64,000 nt of DNA from an uncultured cyanobacterium (lineage in GTDB: Bacteria; Cyanobacteriota; Cyanobacteriia; PCC-9006; JAAUQQ01), in the NCBI GenBank assembly GCA_963718615.1, contig OY970368.1, forward strand, positions 1,760,001 through 1,824,000, in the 5' to 3' direction. The notes under the pieces were generated by a model. It did not search any database and was not told the DNA's origin. It worked only from the letters and a program-made list of their open reading frames with translations. A program made the position numbers and the translations under genes. This document shows positions 1 to 11,309 of this stretch, piece after piece. The stretch's first letter is position 1. Every line of letters begins with the position of its first letter.

Positions 1-2309
1 TTGAGGGCATCGATCGGAAAGCGATGCAAACGACTAAAGGAAGAATAGCCCGTGCCAAAATCGTCGATGCAGAGCCTGACACCGATATCCTTGATTTCCT
101 CCAGACAACGTTCTACCTTGTGCTCATCGCCAATCAGAACACTTTCCGTAATTTCCACCCGCAAACAGCTCGGGTCCAGCCCCGTCGCCGCCAAAACCGT
201 ACGAATCTGTGCTGGCATGTCCGCCCGCACGAGCTGACGTCCCGAGACATTCACTGCCATTTTGACCGTTTCATCCACGAGCCCAGCCTTTTGCCAAGCC
301 CGCATTTGGCGACAGGCTTCTTCCAGAACCCACTGGCCGAGGGGGACGATCAAGCCCGTTTCCTCCGCCACTGGAATAAACTCCGTCGGCGAAATCATGC
401 CCCACTCGGGATGGTGCCAGCGAATCAGGGCTTCAAAGCTGGCCACTCGCCCCTCTGGCAGTTGCACAATGGGCTGATAGAGCAACTGGAGTTCCTGGCG
501 CTGGAGCGATCGCCTTAAATCGGTCTCCAACTGAAGCTGGCTCAAGGGCGTTCGATGGATGCTGCTGTCAAACACCTGGGAACAGGCCCGACCGCTGTGC
601 TTCGCCCGGTACATGGCAATATCCGCGTCCCGCAGCAGGTCTTCGATGCTGCTGTAGAGCTCGCCAGTCACCGCATCCCGACAGGGGACGATGCCGACAC
701 TGGCACTGACAAAAAATTCCTGCTGTTGCAGTTGGAAGGGGTGATGCAAACTGGCGTGGATTTCACGGGCGATCGCCCAAGCCTCCTCAGAGGTCTGGGT
801 TCCCTCCAGCAAAATCGCAAACTCATCGCCGCCCAATCGTGCCAGGGTATCAGACTCCTTGAGACAGGAGCGGAGGCGATCGCTAATCTTCACCAAAAGC
901 TGATCACCCACCAGCGGCCCTAGGCTATCGTTAACCACCTTGAACCGATCTAAATCCAAAAACAGCAGCGTAAACGACCAATCTTCGTTTTCCTGAGCCA
1001 CCCCGAGGGCATGCTGAAGCCGCGTCGTAAACAGCGTGCGGTTGGGCAAGCCCGTGAGGGAATCGTACAGAGCACTGTACATCAGCCGTTCCTCCGCCTC
1101 CTGACGTTTGCTGATATCTTCGACGGTGCCCTCAAAATAGAGAAAATTGCTCGCACCGTCGTAAACCGGATGAACGCCCAGGGAAATCCAAACCAGGCTA
1201 CTATCCTTGCGATGGACCTGGGCCGTAAACTCTGACACTTCGCCCTGGTCATCGATCTCATCCAGAAATTCCTGCCAGCGCAGGGGCTCGAGGAAAAGCT
1301 GCTTGCTGACATCGGTCAGATTAGTAATTAGGTCCTCTGGGGAGTCATAGCCGAGAATATTGGCTAAGGCCGGGTTGGTGCTGATGAAATAGCCCTGGCG
1401 GGTCATTTGAAAAATCCCTTCCGTGGCATTTTCAAACAGCACTTGGTAACGCTCCTCCGCGCGCTGGAGTGCGAGCTCTGCCAGCTTATGCCGGGTCAAA
1501 TCTACCACCTGTACCAAAAAGCTCAGGGGCTGATTTTGAGAGTCATACATCAGTGCGATCTTGAGCAGGACGTGAACCAGCCGCCCATTTTTCGCTACGT
1601 AGCGCTTTTTAACCTGGGCGTAGGGTTGTCCTTCATCCAGGAGCTTATTGACCAACGCCAAACTAACGGCTAGATCCGCCTCGTAGGTAATCGTCTGCTG
1701 GGTTAGCCCCAAAAGCTCCTGTTCTGAGTAGCCGAGCGTTTTACAGAGCGCACTATTCACCCGCAAATAGCGACCATCCAGCCCCATCACCGCCATGCCA
1801 ATGGAGGCCAAATCAAAGATCAGGTGATACATGGCCTCGGAGGATTCCATCAGCCGTTCGCGCTGATGCAGTTGCTTGAGCGTCCGCTGGAAATGCTGGC
1901 TCAACGACGTAAATTCATCACTGGCACTGCCCACGGTAAAGGGAACGAGCGCCCCGTCATCCTGTTCTTGTTCAAAGAGTTTGACCGCTTTTGAAAAGCG
2001 ATGGAGCCGCCGAGCCAAACGACCTGAAAGGCCATAGCAACTCAGCCATAGCAACCCCAAGATGAGCCAGCCCGTTTCCCAAAGAGACTGTCCATACGCT
2101 TGCTTTAACTGCTCAATTTCAGTGGTCTGAACCTGGCACACCGGACCATTACAGTCGAGCAGCGTGGCGATCGCCCTCAACCAATACCAACCATGAGCCC
2201 ATCCAACCGTTCCCAGGATTAGACCCAAGCAGATCAGCAAACTGAGTGCCAATCCTAGAGACTGACTTCCATTAGGAAAAAGCTGTCGAGTAGAAAAGCT
2301 GCGCTTCAT
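1..2309 (-). CDS. Membrane-anchored PAS-PAS-GGDEF-EAL diguanylate cyclase/phosphodiesterase (3' end runs off the window)
   Basis: Manual translation from ATG at 2309 gives N-terminal hydrophobic helices, two PAS-like segments, [10 protein letters not shown]...[16 protein letters not shown]...[11 protein letters not shown] and GFEALIRW. It is absent from the ORF track because no stop falls in the window. Confidence 0.9.
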   Translation of the reverse strand, partial: MKRSFSTRQLFPNGSQSLGLALSLLICLGLILGTVGWAHGWYWLRAIATLLDCNGPVCQVQTTEIEQLKQAYGQSLWETGWLILGLLWLSCYGLSGRLARRLHRFSKAVKLFEQEQDDGALVPFTVGSASDEFTSLSQHFQRTLKQLHQRERLMESSEAMYHLIFDLASIGMAVMGLDGRYLRVNSALCKTLGYSEQELLGLTQQTITYEADLAVSLALVNKLLDEGQPYAQVKKRYVAKNGRLVHVLLKIALMYDSQNQPLSFLVQVVDLTRHKLAELALQRAEERYQVLFENATEGIFQMTRQGYFISTNPALANILGYDSPEDLITNLTDVSKQLFLEPLRWQEFLDEIDDQGEVSEFTAQVHRKDSSLVWISLGVHPVYDGASNFLYFEGTVEDISKRQEAEERLMYSALYDSLTGLPNRTLFTTRLQHALGVAQENEDWSFTLLFLDLDRFKVVNDSLGPLVGDQLLVKISDRLRSCLKESDTLARLGGDEFAILLEGTQTSEEAWAIAREIHASLHHPFQLQQQEFFVSASVGIVPCRDAVTGELYSSIEDLLRDADIAMYRAKHSGRACSQVFDSSIHRTPLSQLQLETDLRRSLQRQELQLLYQPIVQLPEGRVASFEALIRWHHPEWGMISPTEFIPVAEETGLIVPLGQWVLEEACRQMRAWQKAGLVDETVKMAVNVSGRQLVRADMPAQIRTVLAATGLDPSCLRVEITESVLIGDEHKVERCLEEIKDIGVRLCIDDFGTGYSSFSRLHRFPIDAL

Positions 2310-2960
2310 GAATGGGACAAGTTTGCCTTGAATCTGTCAAGTGGTTCTCAATCGACTCGTTACATTTGCTGATGCATATATCGATGCATCATTCAGCTTA
2401 CGCGCTTAAAGCACACCCTATCTCTGTGCGTTCTTTACTACCATAGACGCTCTGATTCAGAACGCCGAATTTACAACTTCCCCTGGGTTGATGTAGGGCA
2501 TTTATCCCTTGACAAAGTGAAGAAGGTAGAGAAAGCCTCTGGTCTTAAGATGCACGAGTGCCCAGGGAAGCTAACGGTTTTATATCCTTTTCACAGACAC
2601 GGTTCACAGGTCCTTAAAGCACGATCGCCTTTCAGATAGTATTGAAATTGGGGAAATAGGGTTAGGTAACGCTGCGCTCAGTAAAATGCTCTAAACAGCG
2701 CCTATATATTTATACAAAGCTATATGCACAACCGAATATAATCTAGCCGTTTCCCTTCAAACCTCTGCCTACAGAGGGTTTCTCAGGGAATGAGAGATTT
2801 ATGCTTCTAAAGTTTGATAAATGAAAGTTTGGAATTTTAAGGTTTCTTTAAGAAGGATAGCCCAGTTCTCTGGCCTATGGAAACCAGGGATGGAGTCACG
2901 ACAATGCAGTCGTGGCTAGGGAGAATCTAACCTTCAACGCTCCATCAACGCTTTAATCCT

Positions 2961-3311
2961 TTAATCAGAGTCCACATCGAGATTTGGGCTTTGTAAACCG
3001 GTCCCCATCAGATGAGTCTCCAATTCCATGCGCTGCTCCATTTGGCGGAGGAAATAGCCTGTCATCATGGCCGAGGCTAAGAGCCCTGCGAGGTTTTCGC
3101 GATTGGTCGTGACCTGGACATTAAAATTGTCCGAGGGCAGCATCCCTAGGAGCCCCTGTACGTTTTGACTCACGATCTCTTTGACCTCTGGTCCCACAGA
3201 GCGGGCAACCCGAGATAGCACCTCCGGCGGCTGATGCTGGAGATATTTCAGAAGCTCATTGACTTCTGCGGCATCGGTGTCTGAACTGAAAAAGTTTGAA
3301 TTAAACGCCAT
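2961..3311 (-). CDS. DUF760 family protein
   Basis: LLKYLQHQPPE...NVQGLLGMLP...LLASAMMTGYFLRQMEQR, typical of the cyanobacterial/plastid DUF760 family. Confidence 0.85.
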   Translation of the reverse strand: MAFNSNFFSSDTDAAEVNELLKYLQHQPPEVLSRVARSVGPEVKEIVSQNVQGLLGMLPSDNFNVQVTTNRENLAGLLASAMMTGYFLRQMEQRMELETHLMGTGLQSPNLDVDSD

Positions 3312-3539
3312 GAGTAATGTGTCTAGTGACCTCGTAGTCAGGGCAGATTACGACGGCGGACTCACTTCTCCCTGCGTACCACTGAACTGAATCGGGCAAT
3401 CGCACAGGCGATAAGGTGGGATAGCCTACCTCTTAATGTAACGCAACCTTCGCTCCTATGTTGCCCAGCCTGAATAGAATTCAGCTCAGTAAAGACGCGA
3501 AGTTTTGCATCCCAAATCGAATAGACGCCAGTATACTGC

Positions 3540-4166
3540 CTAGACTTCCGCTTGCGCCTCAGCATCTCGACTCAAGCCTTCCCTAGGCTGCGTGTCTAAA
3601 ACATCAAGCTGTACGGGGTCGGAGGATTCAGAGTCTGGGGTTAAATCAATGGCACCGCTGGCTTGTCCCTTGGGAACGACGCGCCGAATGGGCTTAATTT
3701 CAGGCAGCTCTTCAATTTCAAAGTATTGATGAAATTTTTCGGTTACCCGCAGATGGGCGGAGCGGCTGTCCTTATGGTTGCGCTTTTGGACAAAGCCTTC
3801 TTCTACGAGGGTCTGGACATGGTGATAGGCTCCGGAGCCCCGGAGTTCCACCAGCTCGCTGAGTTTGAGATCCTTGCGCAGGGCGATCGCCGCCAAGGTC
3901 CGCAAGGCCCCAATGCCCAAGTCCACCGGCACCAACGTATGAATGAGGTCCTTAAGGGTTTCCCGCAGCTGCAAAATATAGCCATCGGGTTCCTCTACGA
4001 CTTCCAGGGCGCTGTCCCGCTGGGCATAGTCATCCATGAGTTGAATCAGGGCATCTTCGGCGGTTTGGCGATCGCACTGGGCATGTTCCGCAATTTCCCC
4101 TAGGGAGAGTGGCCGACCCCGCAGATACAAAATGGCTTCAATTTTAGTGGCGAGAGAAACCGACAT
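3540..4166 (-). CDS. scpB: SMC-Scp complex subunit ScpB
   Basis: KIEAILY...ALRTLAAIA...ELRG...T.KF..YF winged-helix pattern. Confidence 0.9.
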   Translation of the reverse strand: MSVSLATKIEAILYLRGRPLSLGEIAEHAQCDRQTAEDALIQLMDDYAQRDSALEVVEEPDGYILQLRETLKDLIHTLVPVDLGIGALRTLAAIALRKDLKLSELVELRGSGAYHHVQTLVEEGFVQKRNHKDSRSAHLRVTEKFHQYFEIEELPEIKPIRRVVPKGQASGAIDLTPDSESSDPVQLDVLDTQPREGLSRDAEAQAEV

Positions 4167-4185
4167 AGGTTTTAGTTCAGGGATT

Positions 4186-5127
4186 TTAGTCCAGGCTGCG
4201 CCCGGTCAACTCCACAAAGATATCTTCCAGGTTCGAGGCACGCACCATCATACCGGTTTTATCGCTTTGGGCTTCTAAATAGGCGGTGGCTTCGCTTTCC
4301 GTGGGGAAAAATTGATACTCCCAGCGATCGCCCCTCTGCTTCATCACTAACCCCTTACCATGGCGCTCTCGCAGTTCCGCCAGGGTACCCAGCTCGATGA
4401 GTTTGCCGTGGTCCATGATGCCGATGCGATCGCACAAATACTCCACCTCGTCCATGTAGTGGGTGGTGAGGAGGATGGTCATGCCCTGTTTTTTATTCAG
4501 TTCGCGGATCATTTCCCAGAGGCGGCGGCGGGTTTGGGGGTCGAGGCCAACGGTGGGTTCATCGAGAAAGAGAATTTGGGGCTGGTGCAGCAGCGCACGG
4601 GCGATTTGCAACCGGCGCTTCATGCCACCGGAGAGGGTTTTGACAAGGTCATCGCGCCGTTCGACGAGTTCCACATATTCGAGCCAGTGATGAATGCGCG
4701 ATTGGCGATCGCCCTTGGGAATATGGTGCATCCGCCCGTGGAATTCGAGGTTTTCCCAGACGGTCAGGTCCGCATCGACGCTGGTTTGCTGGAGGACGAC
4801 GCCGAGGGTGCTTTTGACCTGTTGGCGATCGCGCACGACGTCATATCCCATGATCTGAATCCGGCCCTCGCTCGGCTGGGTCAGCGTTGTGATCATCCGA
4901 ATCGTGGTGGATTTGCCTGCCCCATTGGGACCCAAGAGCCCAAACATTTCACCCGGCTGAATGTCAAAGGATAAGCCATCGACCACCGGTACATCGGTAA
5001 AGCGTTTGGTGACGGTTTGCAGCGAAACAGCGGCTTGGGTGGTGGCGGAATCTGGAGACACAGTGGCGGGGGAAGCAGTCATGCAATCAGAGCCTGAGCA
5101 GGGATACTGCTTCATATTATTCAACAA
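4186..5127 (-). CDS. ABC transporter ATP-binding protein (DrrA/NodI-like)
   Basis: Walker A GPNGAGKST, signature LSGGMKRR, Walker B LFLDEPT. True start is probably the downstream Met near 5082. Confidence 0.9.
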   Translation of the reverse strand: MLNNMKQYPCSGSDCMTASPATVSPDSATTQAAVSLQTVTKRFTDVPVVDGLSFDIQPGEMFGLLGPNGAGKSTTIRMITTLTQPSEGRIQIMGYDVVRDRQQVKSTLGVVLQQTSVDADLTVWENLEFHGRMHHIPKGDRQSRIHHWLEYVELVERRDDLVKTLSGGMKRRLQIARALLHQPQILFLDEPTVGLDPQTRRRLWEMIRELNKKQGMTILLTTHYMDEVEYLCDRIGIMDHGKLIELGTLAELRERHGKGLVMKQRGDRWEYQFFPTESEATAYLEAQSDKTGMMVRASNLEDIFVELTGRSLD

Positions 5128-5177
5128 TGGGGGCTAGCCCAGTCTCGATTGGCAAAAGAAACCCGGTATGAAGCAGA

Positions 5178-5492
5178 TTAGGGTTTAAAGGGATGGACCT
5201 GTTTTACGGCATCAAGATTTAAGGGACCGTACAGGTGGGGAAAGGTGCCGTGGCCAGGAACCTCGTCGTAGCGGAGTTCGGCTTGGAGGCGATCGCCCTC
5301 AATTTCCAACAGCACCAGTCCGGACTGACCTGCATAAAACCGAGCGGCCACTTCCAGGACCTGTTCTTGTTTAGAAAGATGAATAAAGCCTTCTGCTGCC
5401 AAGGAAGCCGCCCGATAGAGACCGTCACGCTGGGCACTTTCCCAGGCCGTTTTCTCAGTGATATGAAACAGGATGGTTGAAGGGTTTTCCAT
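5178..5492 (-). CDS. DUF952 family protein
   Basis: SLAAEGFIHLS and FPHLYGPLNLDAV motifs. Confidence 0.9.
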   Translation of the reverse strand: MENPSTILFHITEKTAWESAQRDGLYRAASLAAEGFIHLSKQEQVLEVAARFYAGQSGLVLLEIEGDRLQAELRYDEVPGHGTFPHLYGPLNLDAVKQVHPFKP

Positions 5493-6373
5493 CAGTGATT
5501 TTCCTTGGGCTGGGATAATTTGGGCTGGGATAATTTGGGCTGGGATAAGTTTAGTTTGGCCTGCTGGGCGATCGCCAGAATCCCATCCAATTGCAAATCC
5601 AACAGGTCTGCCGAGACATCAGCCTGACTTAACCACAGCAAATATTCAATATTGCCCGCCGGTCCCGTTAAGGGCGACCAGGTCAAACCCCGATCGCCCC
5701 ACCCCAACGCCCGCGCCGTAGCCAACACCTGGGCGATCGCCCCTGCTTGGTCCTGGGGATCACGGACAACGCCTTTTTTACCGACGCGATCGCGCCCTAC
5801 CTCAAACTGTGGCTTGACCAACAGCAGCAGCTCTCGCGGTTCCCGCAGCAACCGATGCAGCGCAGGCAGGACCTTTGTGAGGGAAATAAATGACACATCA
5901 ACAACGCCTAAATCGGGCCAAGTTGCCCCTTCCCCATAAAGTTCATCGGGTTGTAGATGCCGTAAATTGATCCGTTCCTTCAGGACCAACCGCTCATCGG
6001 TGCGCAGTTGCCAAGCAACCTGTCCATACCCCACATCGACACCGTAAACTTGACGAGCTCCGTTTTGCAGCAAGCAATCGGTGAACCCGCCCGTTGAAAT
6101 ACCGCCATCTAAACAAATGCGATCGCCCACCGCCACCCCAAACGTGGCTAACGCCTTGGCTAGCTTTTCACCCCCTCGGGAAACGTAGGGCGATCGCTGC
6201 TTAACTTCAATCGCGGCATCGACCGCAACTTCTGTTCCCGGCTTATCGATGATCTGCTGATTGATTTTAACTTCACCTGCTCGAATCAACCGCTGAGCCA
6301 AGGCGCGCGAGTCACAAAGCTGACGATCCACTAATAAGGTATCCAATCGCTGCTTGGCGGAAGCTTTAGGCAT
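5492..6373 (-). CDS. tlyA: TlyA family rRNA 2'-O-methyltransferase
   Basis: S4 domain (RLDTLLV), YVSRGGEKL, STGGFTDCLLQ, DVSFISL, LVKPQFE, GNIEYL. Confidence 0.95.
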   Translation of the reverse strand: MPKASAKQRLDTLLVDRQLCDSRALAQRLIRAGEVKINQQIIDKPGTEVAVDAAIEVKQRSPYVSRGGEKLAKALATFGVAVGDRICLDGGISTGGFTDCLLQNGARQVYGVDVGYGQVAWQLRTDERLVLKERINLRHLQPDELYGEGATWPDLGVVDVSFISLTKVLPALHRLLREPRELLLLVKPQFEVGRDRVGKKGVVRDPQDQAGAIAQVLATARALGWGDRGLTWSPLTGPAGNIEYLLWLSQADVSADLLDLQLDGILAIAQQAKLNLSQPKLSQPKLSQPKENH

Positions 6374-6379
6374 AAATCG

Positions 6380-6922
6380 CTATTCTCCTCCTCGGATTAG
6401 CTCGACGCGATCGTAGTGATCAATCGAATTCAAATAAACTTTAACCTGTTCATGTTTTGCTGTAGGTAAGCGTTTTCCCACAAAATCCGGATGAATGGGC
6501 AACTCGCGATGGCCTCGATCCACCAAGACCGCGAGCCGAATCAGGGCCGGTCTCCCATAGTCATTAATGGCATCCAACGCCGCTCGAATCGTTCGACCCT
6601 TAAAAATTACGTCATCCACAAGCACGACAACCTTGCCCGTTAAATCCACTTCAATATCCGTTTTAGCCGGTGTCCGAATGCCAATTTGGTCGAGATCATC
6701 TCGATAAAACGTAATATCTAAGGCTCCCATCGGCACCTCTATCCCTTCCATCGCCTTGATTTGATTGACCAGCAATTCAGCCAACGGTACCCCTCGGGTA
6801 TGAATGCCGAGGAGAACTAGATTATTCAGATCGCCACCCTGCTCAATGATCTGTGAAGCCAAGCGATTGCAGGTGCGGCGAACTTCTTCGTCTGACAGGA
6901 TTTCGATGATTTCTTGAGGCAT
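6380..6922 (-). CDS. pyrR: Pyrimidine operon regulator / uracil phosphoribosyltransferase PyrR
   Basis: [38 protein letters not shown]. Confidence 0.95.
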   Translation of the reverse strand: MPQEIIEILSDEEVRRTCNRLASQIIEQGGDLNNLVLLGIHTRGVPLAELLVNQIKAMEGIEVPMGALDITFYRDDLDQIGIRTPAKTDIEVDLTGKVVVLVDDVIFKGRTIRAALDAINDYGRPALIRLAVLVDRGHRELPIHPDFVGKRLPTAKHEQVKVYLNSIDHYDRVELIRGGE

Positions 6923-7063
6923 AGAGCAGCAGTAAGATTTAGTATCCAGTTTGGCATCAAGACCGGTATCCAGTCTGGTATCAAGTCTGAGCCTTTAGTT
7001 TACTCGGGGTTCTTGTCAGAATGGACTGGGGGGCGAGGGTCTTTATCCATCCATTAAAAGTTA

Positions 7064-8059
7064 TCAATCTATCAAAATCAGAATGCCCCCGGCGATCGCC
7101 AACCAAATCAAAAAGCAAGATCGGGTGAGGGCGAGGGCCTGGTGAATCCGTTTTGGGGTGATGGGGGTTCGATCTTCCCCCAGCAACGGCTTAGGCTTGA
7201 TCACCCCATGATAGAGATTGTTTCCTCCCACCTGAACGCCGAGGGCTGCGGCATAGGCGCATTCGCTCCAACCGGCATTGGGACTAGGATCAGTGGGAGC
7301 ATCGCGGCGACAGAGGCGGATCACGGTACTCGGTTGTTTCGATAGCAACGCAATGGTCAATACCGCAAGCCGACAGGGTAGCCAAGTTAGGCCATCTTCA
7401 AGACGCGCGCTAAACCAGCCGAGATAGGTGTAAGGCAACTCCCGATAGCCCACCATGGAATCTAAGGTGCTGGCTGCTTTGTAGCCCAGGGCGATCGCCA
7501 CCCCCAGACCCCCTCCCCCCATGGAGAACGCACTGCCGAGGATGACCCCAACGACGCCATAAAACAGAGGCGCTAAGACACCATCCACCCCATTCTCCGT
7601 CACGGTTTCAAACACCGCCCGGTACACCTCAGTCTCCGAGAGCTGGTCGGTATCCCGTCCGACATATCGACTCAAATGTTTGCGGGCCAACTCTAAATTT
7701 CCCGCCCTTAAAGGCCCTAAGACCTCTTCCGCTGCCCGCCGCAAACTTCGCCCTGCCAAGCAACTGGCCAACAAAAGGGTTGCCACTCCCCAGCCCAAAA
7801 TTGGAGATAATTGAGTGGCGATCGCGACAATCCCAGCCCCAATCCCACCACTTCCCATCACTAACCCCAGCCCCAATAACACTCCAGCTAGCCGCTGTCC
7901 ACCAGGGGATTTAATCCAGGCCAAGCTAATCGATTGATACCGCCTTATTCCCGCCCCCATGAGCTGAACGGGATGGGGCCAACCCCAAGGATCACCCAGG
8001 CAAAAATCCAAGATTGCAGCAGCGACTAAAATCGTGAAACTGGATCTCAAAACCTGCAT
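7064..8059 (-). CDS. cbiB: Adenosylcobinamide-phosphate synthase CbiB/CobD
   Basis: GDP..WPHPV, VGRDT, TLDSMVGYR, SPNAGWSE motifs; hydrophobic segments. Confidence 0.93.
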   Translation of the reverse strand: MQVLRSSFTILVAAAILDFCLGDPWGWPHPVQLMGAGIRRYQSISLAWIKSPGGQRLAGVLLGLGLVMGSGGIGAGIVAIATQLSPILGWGVATLLLASCLAGRSLRRAAEEVLGPLRAGNLELARKHLSRYVGRDTDQLSETEVYRAVFETVTENGVDGVLAPLFYGVVGVILGSAFSMGGGGLGVAIALGYKAASTLDSMVGYRELPYTYLGWFSARLEDGLTWLPCRLAVLTIALLSKQPSTVIRLCRRDAPTDPSPNAGWSECAYAAALGVQVGGNNLYHGVIKPKPLLGEDRTPITPKRIHQALALTRSCFLIWLAIAGGILILID

Positions 8060-8203
8060 TTAGAGTAGGACAAAGGAACTATTTTGATTGAATTTGATCA
8101 AAAACAATGCCTTTGGCCGGCTCATTTTTAAAGCCATTGACCCTGCAAGGATTGATCCGCTGTATCCTCATCCTAAGGCAGGAGCGTCATCCCCATCAAT
8201 GCC

Positions 8204-8650
8204 CTAGATAATAAAATGGTTTTCCATTCCCTGGGCCGCTTGCCAGCTGCGAGCATCGTAATAAAGATCTTCTAGGGAGATGCTTTGCAAGGTTTCTTTG
8301 AGCTTGAGATTGAGCCGCTTCCAAAGGCTAAAGGTTACCCAGTCTTCCGTCTGACTGGCATCAGGTTGTTGCGCCAAAATCGGGGAAATAGATTCACCCA
8401 CGGCCTCCAAGATCTGGCCCAACGAGATTTGTTCCGGTGGACGAGCCAGACAATAACCGCCCTGTGCCCCTCGCATGGATTGAACGATACCTGCCCGTCG
8501 TAGCTCGATCAGCAGTTTCTCCAGATAGGGAGCAGGCAGGTCCTGTCGCTTAGCGATCGCCTTTACGGAGACCGGTGCCTGACTTGCTTGGAGGCGTAAA
8601 TCCAAGAGGGCTTTAACGCTGTACTGACCACGAGTCGTGAGCTTTAACAT
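8204..8650 (-). CDS. Rrf2 family transcriptional regulator
   Basis: LTTRGQY...YLEKLLIELRRAGIVQSMRGAQGGY. Confidence 0.92.
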   Translation of the reverse strand: MLKLTTRGQYSVKALLDLRLQASQAPVSVKAIAKRQDLPAPYLEKLLIELRRAGIVQSMRGAQGGYCLARPPEQISLGQILEAVGESISPILAQQPDASQTEDWVTFSLWKRLNLKLKETLQSISLEDLYYDARSWQAAQGMENHFII

Positions 8651-9109
8651 AGGGGAGAGCCTAGGGATTACTGTTAGTTATCTCACCGGAAAACCAGATA
8701 TATCAGCACTTCCGGCTTATTCTGCCGAGGGGCGGTGGGATAGAGTATGCCTGTCAAGAACAAGCCATTGCAGCGACAACCAGCAAGTTCAGCTACGCAG
8801 AAGAGACCATAGAATTAAGAAACTGACTCAATTTAATGACTATTTTTTAACGATGACTGTAAGATGTTAGAGATGTTGATGCTATGCTTTGCACAGAATA
8901 TCTAAGCGCATGGGAATACTAACCTGGTTAGTACATAGTTGATCACGCTAGACCTGATCGCATCAGCAACAGTTCAGTCCCTTTGACAGAGACGAAAACT
9001 GAATACCAACCCCTAGAGGATATCGATCTTGCTTTCCCATTCTTTAACTGGGGATGCAGATTGTTTCCACTGAACTGCCCTATTAGAGTGGAGTAACCCA
9101 TTGAAATAA

Positions 9110-9724
9110 ATGCCTAGAAAGAAAGCAGAACCCAAGACAGTAACGAAAACTGCCAGAAAAACCGTTAAAAAGGGCGCTACGCAGACTGTTGCTAAGGCTG
9201 AGCCGAAGACCACAGCCAAGCGGGCAACTCGTACGGCGACAAAGACCGCTAAAGCTGCTCCTAAGGTTGAACCCCAGGTTGAGCCTAAAGTGGAATCGAA
9301 AGCGGAATCGAAGATTGAAGCCTCCGCAGCATCAATCACACCGTCTCCAGTTCCTTTGACAGGCGCAGATCTCGTTAAGAAGATCAAGGAACTAGGGAAC
9401 CTCAGCAAAGAGGAAAAGGCGAAAGCCTGTGGATATTACGCAATGACCAAGAATGGTCTTGAGCGCGTCAATATGATGAAGTTCCTTAACGCCCTCATTG
9501 ATGCAGAAGGCATCGATTTGGATAGCAAAGGGAATGACATCAATGGGCGGGGAGGCCGCAGTGCTAGCTACAAAATCACCGTTCAATCCAATGGCAACTT
9601 GTTAATTGGTGCCGCTTATACCAAGCAAATGGATCTAAAGCCTGGGGATGAATTTAAGATTACCCTAGGTCGGAAGCACATTCGCCTCACACAAGTGGGT
9701 TCAGAGGTTGACGAAGAAGAGTAA
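9110..9724 (+). CDS. Cyanobacterial AbrB-like regulator (cyAbrB) with Lys/Ala/Thr-rich N-terminal extension
   Basis: AKACGYY...F.NAL..A and GR.ASY.I.VQSNGNLLIGAAYTKQM.L.PGDEF.I.LGRKHI. Confidence 0.92.
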   Translation: MPRKKAEPKTVTKTARKTVKKGATQTVAKAEPKTTAKRATRTATKTAKAAPKVEPQVEPKVESKAESKIEASAASITPSPVPLTGADLVKKIKELGNLSKEEKAKACGYYAMTKNGLERVNMMKFLNALIDAEGIDLDSKGNDINGRGGRSASYKITVQSNGNLLIGAAYTKQMDLKPGDEFKITLGRKHIRLTQVGSEVDEEE

Positions 9725-9961
9725 GACGAGTGGGATACCCTTTTGGGTTAAAGGGGAATCCTAAAAGTATCTAGTTTTACCTACAGCTAGGTCATGGTTG
9801 ACCACAGGGGTTGTTCACAGCGGTTGTGATGTCATCTCCTGTGGTTATTTCTATAATTATTTTTCCTAAATTTTTCTGGCAGGCAAATGCTTCAAAATAC
9901 TTGACAGTCAAGGGCGAGTATCCTCGCTAAGCTGGAGATTAGTGTTCTGGAGGCTGCTCCT

Positions 9962-10471
9962 ATGCGTTCTTCCGTAGCTCCCGACTCCCGATCTGTATCC
10001 TGGCAATCCCTGATTTTATTGCTAGCGACAGCTTGGCTCGGAGCCAGTTTGTTATTGGATTTATGGGTCATGCCTAGCCTCTATGGAGGGGGAATGATGA
10101 CCCAAGCTGGATTTGCTAGCACAGGGTATATGTTGTTTGGTGGATTCAATCATGTCGAACTTATTTTTGGAGCGTTATTGTTAACGGGGCTATTGGTCAT
10201 GACCCAGCAGCCAACAGCGACTGGACAAACCCGTTGGCGGGTGCTGTGGCCTGCTCTCTTGTTATTGCTGATTCCCGCTTTTGACGCCTATGGTTTGACC
10301 CCGATCATGAGTGCCCTGGGATTGTCGATTGATGGATCGGTGGGAGAAGCTCCCGCTGTCATGGGAGTGATGCATGGTGCCTATTGGGGACTAGAGTTGC
10401 TGAAAATCGGGGCGATCGCCCTACTGATTCACCGTTTCAGCGGTCGCCTTAGCCTCACAGATGCTCTCTAA
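9962..10471 (+). CDS. Four-helix membrane protein (DUF4149-like)
   Basis: Four hydrophobic segments; FNHVEL and HGAYWGLELLK motifs. Confidence 0.6.
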   Translation: MRSSVAPDSRSVSWQSLILLLATAWLGASLLLDLWVMPSLYGGGMMTQAGFASTGYMLFGGFNHVELIFGALLLTGLLVMTQQPTATGQTRWRVLWPALLLLLIPAFDAYGLTPIMSALGLSIDGSVGEAPAVMGVMHGAYWGLELLKIGAIALLIHRFSGRLSLTDAL

Positions 10472-10477
10472 AGAGGG

Positions 10478-10798
10478 TTAGGATTCGAGGGATTCGAGGG
10501 ATTCGGGGGGCTGCTCCTCGGTTGCAGATTCACCAAACCATAACAACCGAATTCCCATGACCAGAAATCCAATTGCCGCTGTGCTTTTAACCAGGTACGG
10601 CGGCAAAATTGTGGCAGTTCCTTCCCCCAGTAAAACGCCAATAAGGCTGGCCACGAGCAACGCCGCTGCCGTTCCCGCGAAAACGGCCTTGGGAAACTTA
10701 GAGCTTCCCCCTAGGGCGATCGCCGCCACCTGGCTTTTGTCCCCCAATTCGGACAAGAAAACCGCTACAAAACTCAGGCCCAAGAGACTCCAATCCAT
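10478..10798 (-). CDS. TMEM165/GDT1 (UPF0016) half-transporter
   Basis: ELGDKSQ motif and three TM segments. Confidence 0.9.
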   Translation of the reverse strand: MDWSLLGLSFVAVFLSELGDKSQVAAIALGGSSKFPKAVFAGTAAALLVASLIGVLLGEGTATILPPYLVKSTAAIGFLVMGIRLLWFGESATEEQPPESLESLES

Positions 10799-10869
10799 TC
10801 TGATCTGACTCCTTCTGCTTGAATGCTTGCTTTGACAAATCTATAATCCAGTCAGCGACCCACGAGTGC

Positions 10870-11232
10870 TTAACCCCAGCTTGACCAAATATCCCAGCCG
10901 AGCCAAAGGGCGATCGCCAACAGCGTCATTCCAGCGCTCTTTTCTAGGGTTTTAGGCGAAAGCCATGTCGCCAACCAGCGACCTAAGAGAACCCCCAGCA
11001 AACTTGTGGCAATCAAGGCGGAACCGGCACCCGCAAACACAATCCAGGGATGGTGGGACTCTGCGCTCATCAACAGCGTGGTGACTTGGGTTTTATCCCC
11101 CAACTCGGCCAGGAAAATCGTCACAAACGTTGAAGCAAAAACCTGCCAAGCGGATTTGCCCGGAGAGGGATGGGGGGGAGAGGGGGAGGCGGGGGGCGCG
11201 ATCGCGGGTTGGGGAAGGGAAGAAGGGGACAC
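10870..11232 (-). CDS. TMEM165/GDT1 (UPF0016) half-transporter
   Basis: AELGDKTQ motif; adjacent to the other half. Confidence 0.9.
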   Translation of the reverse strand: MSPSSLPQPAIAPPASPSPPHPSPGKSAWQVFASTFVTIFLAELGDKTQVTTLLMSAESHHPWIVFAGAGSALIATSLLGVLLGRWLATWLSPKTLEKSAGMTLLAIALWLGWDIWSSWG

Positions 11233-11309
11233 GGATAGTTTTCATAATTGATTCATAATCCATGATAGCTTCTGAGCGGTTGCTTAACCGTTCCTGAACT
11301 GTCGACGGA

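Noticed and set aside
24-1673. Plus-strand ORFs in the track
   Set aside because: They are antisense shadows of the minus-strand PAS-GGDEF-EAL gene.
10478-11232. Split TMEM165/GDT1 gene as a pseudogene
   Set aside because: Paired half-size UPF0016 genes are a normal arrangement in cyanobacteria, and each half has its own intact motif.
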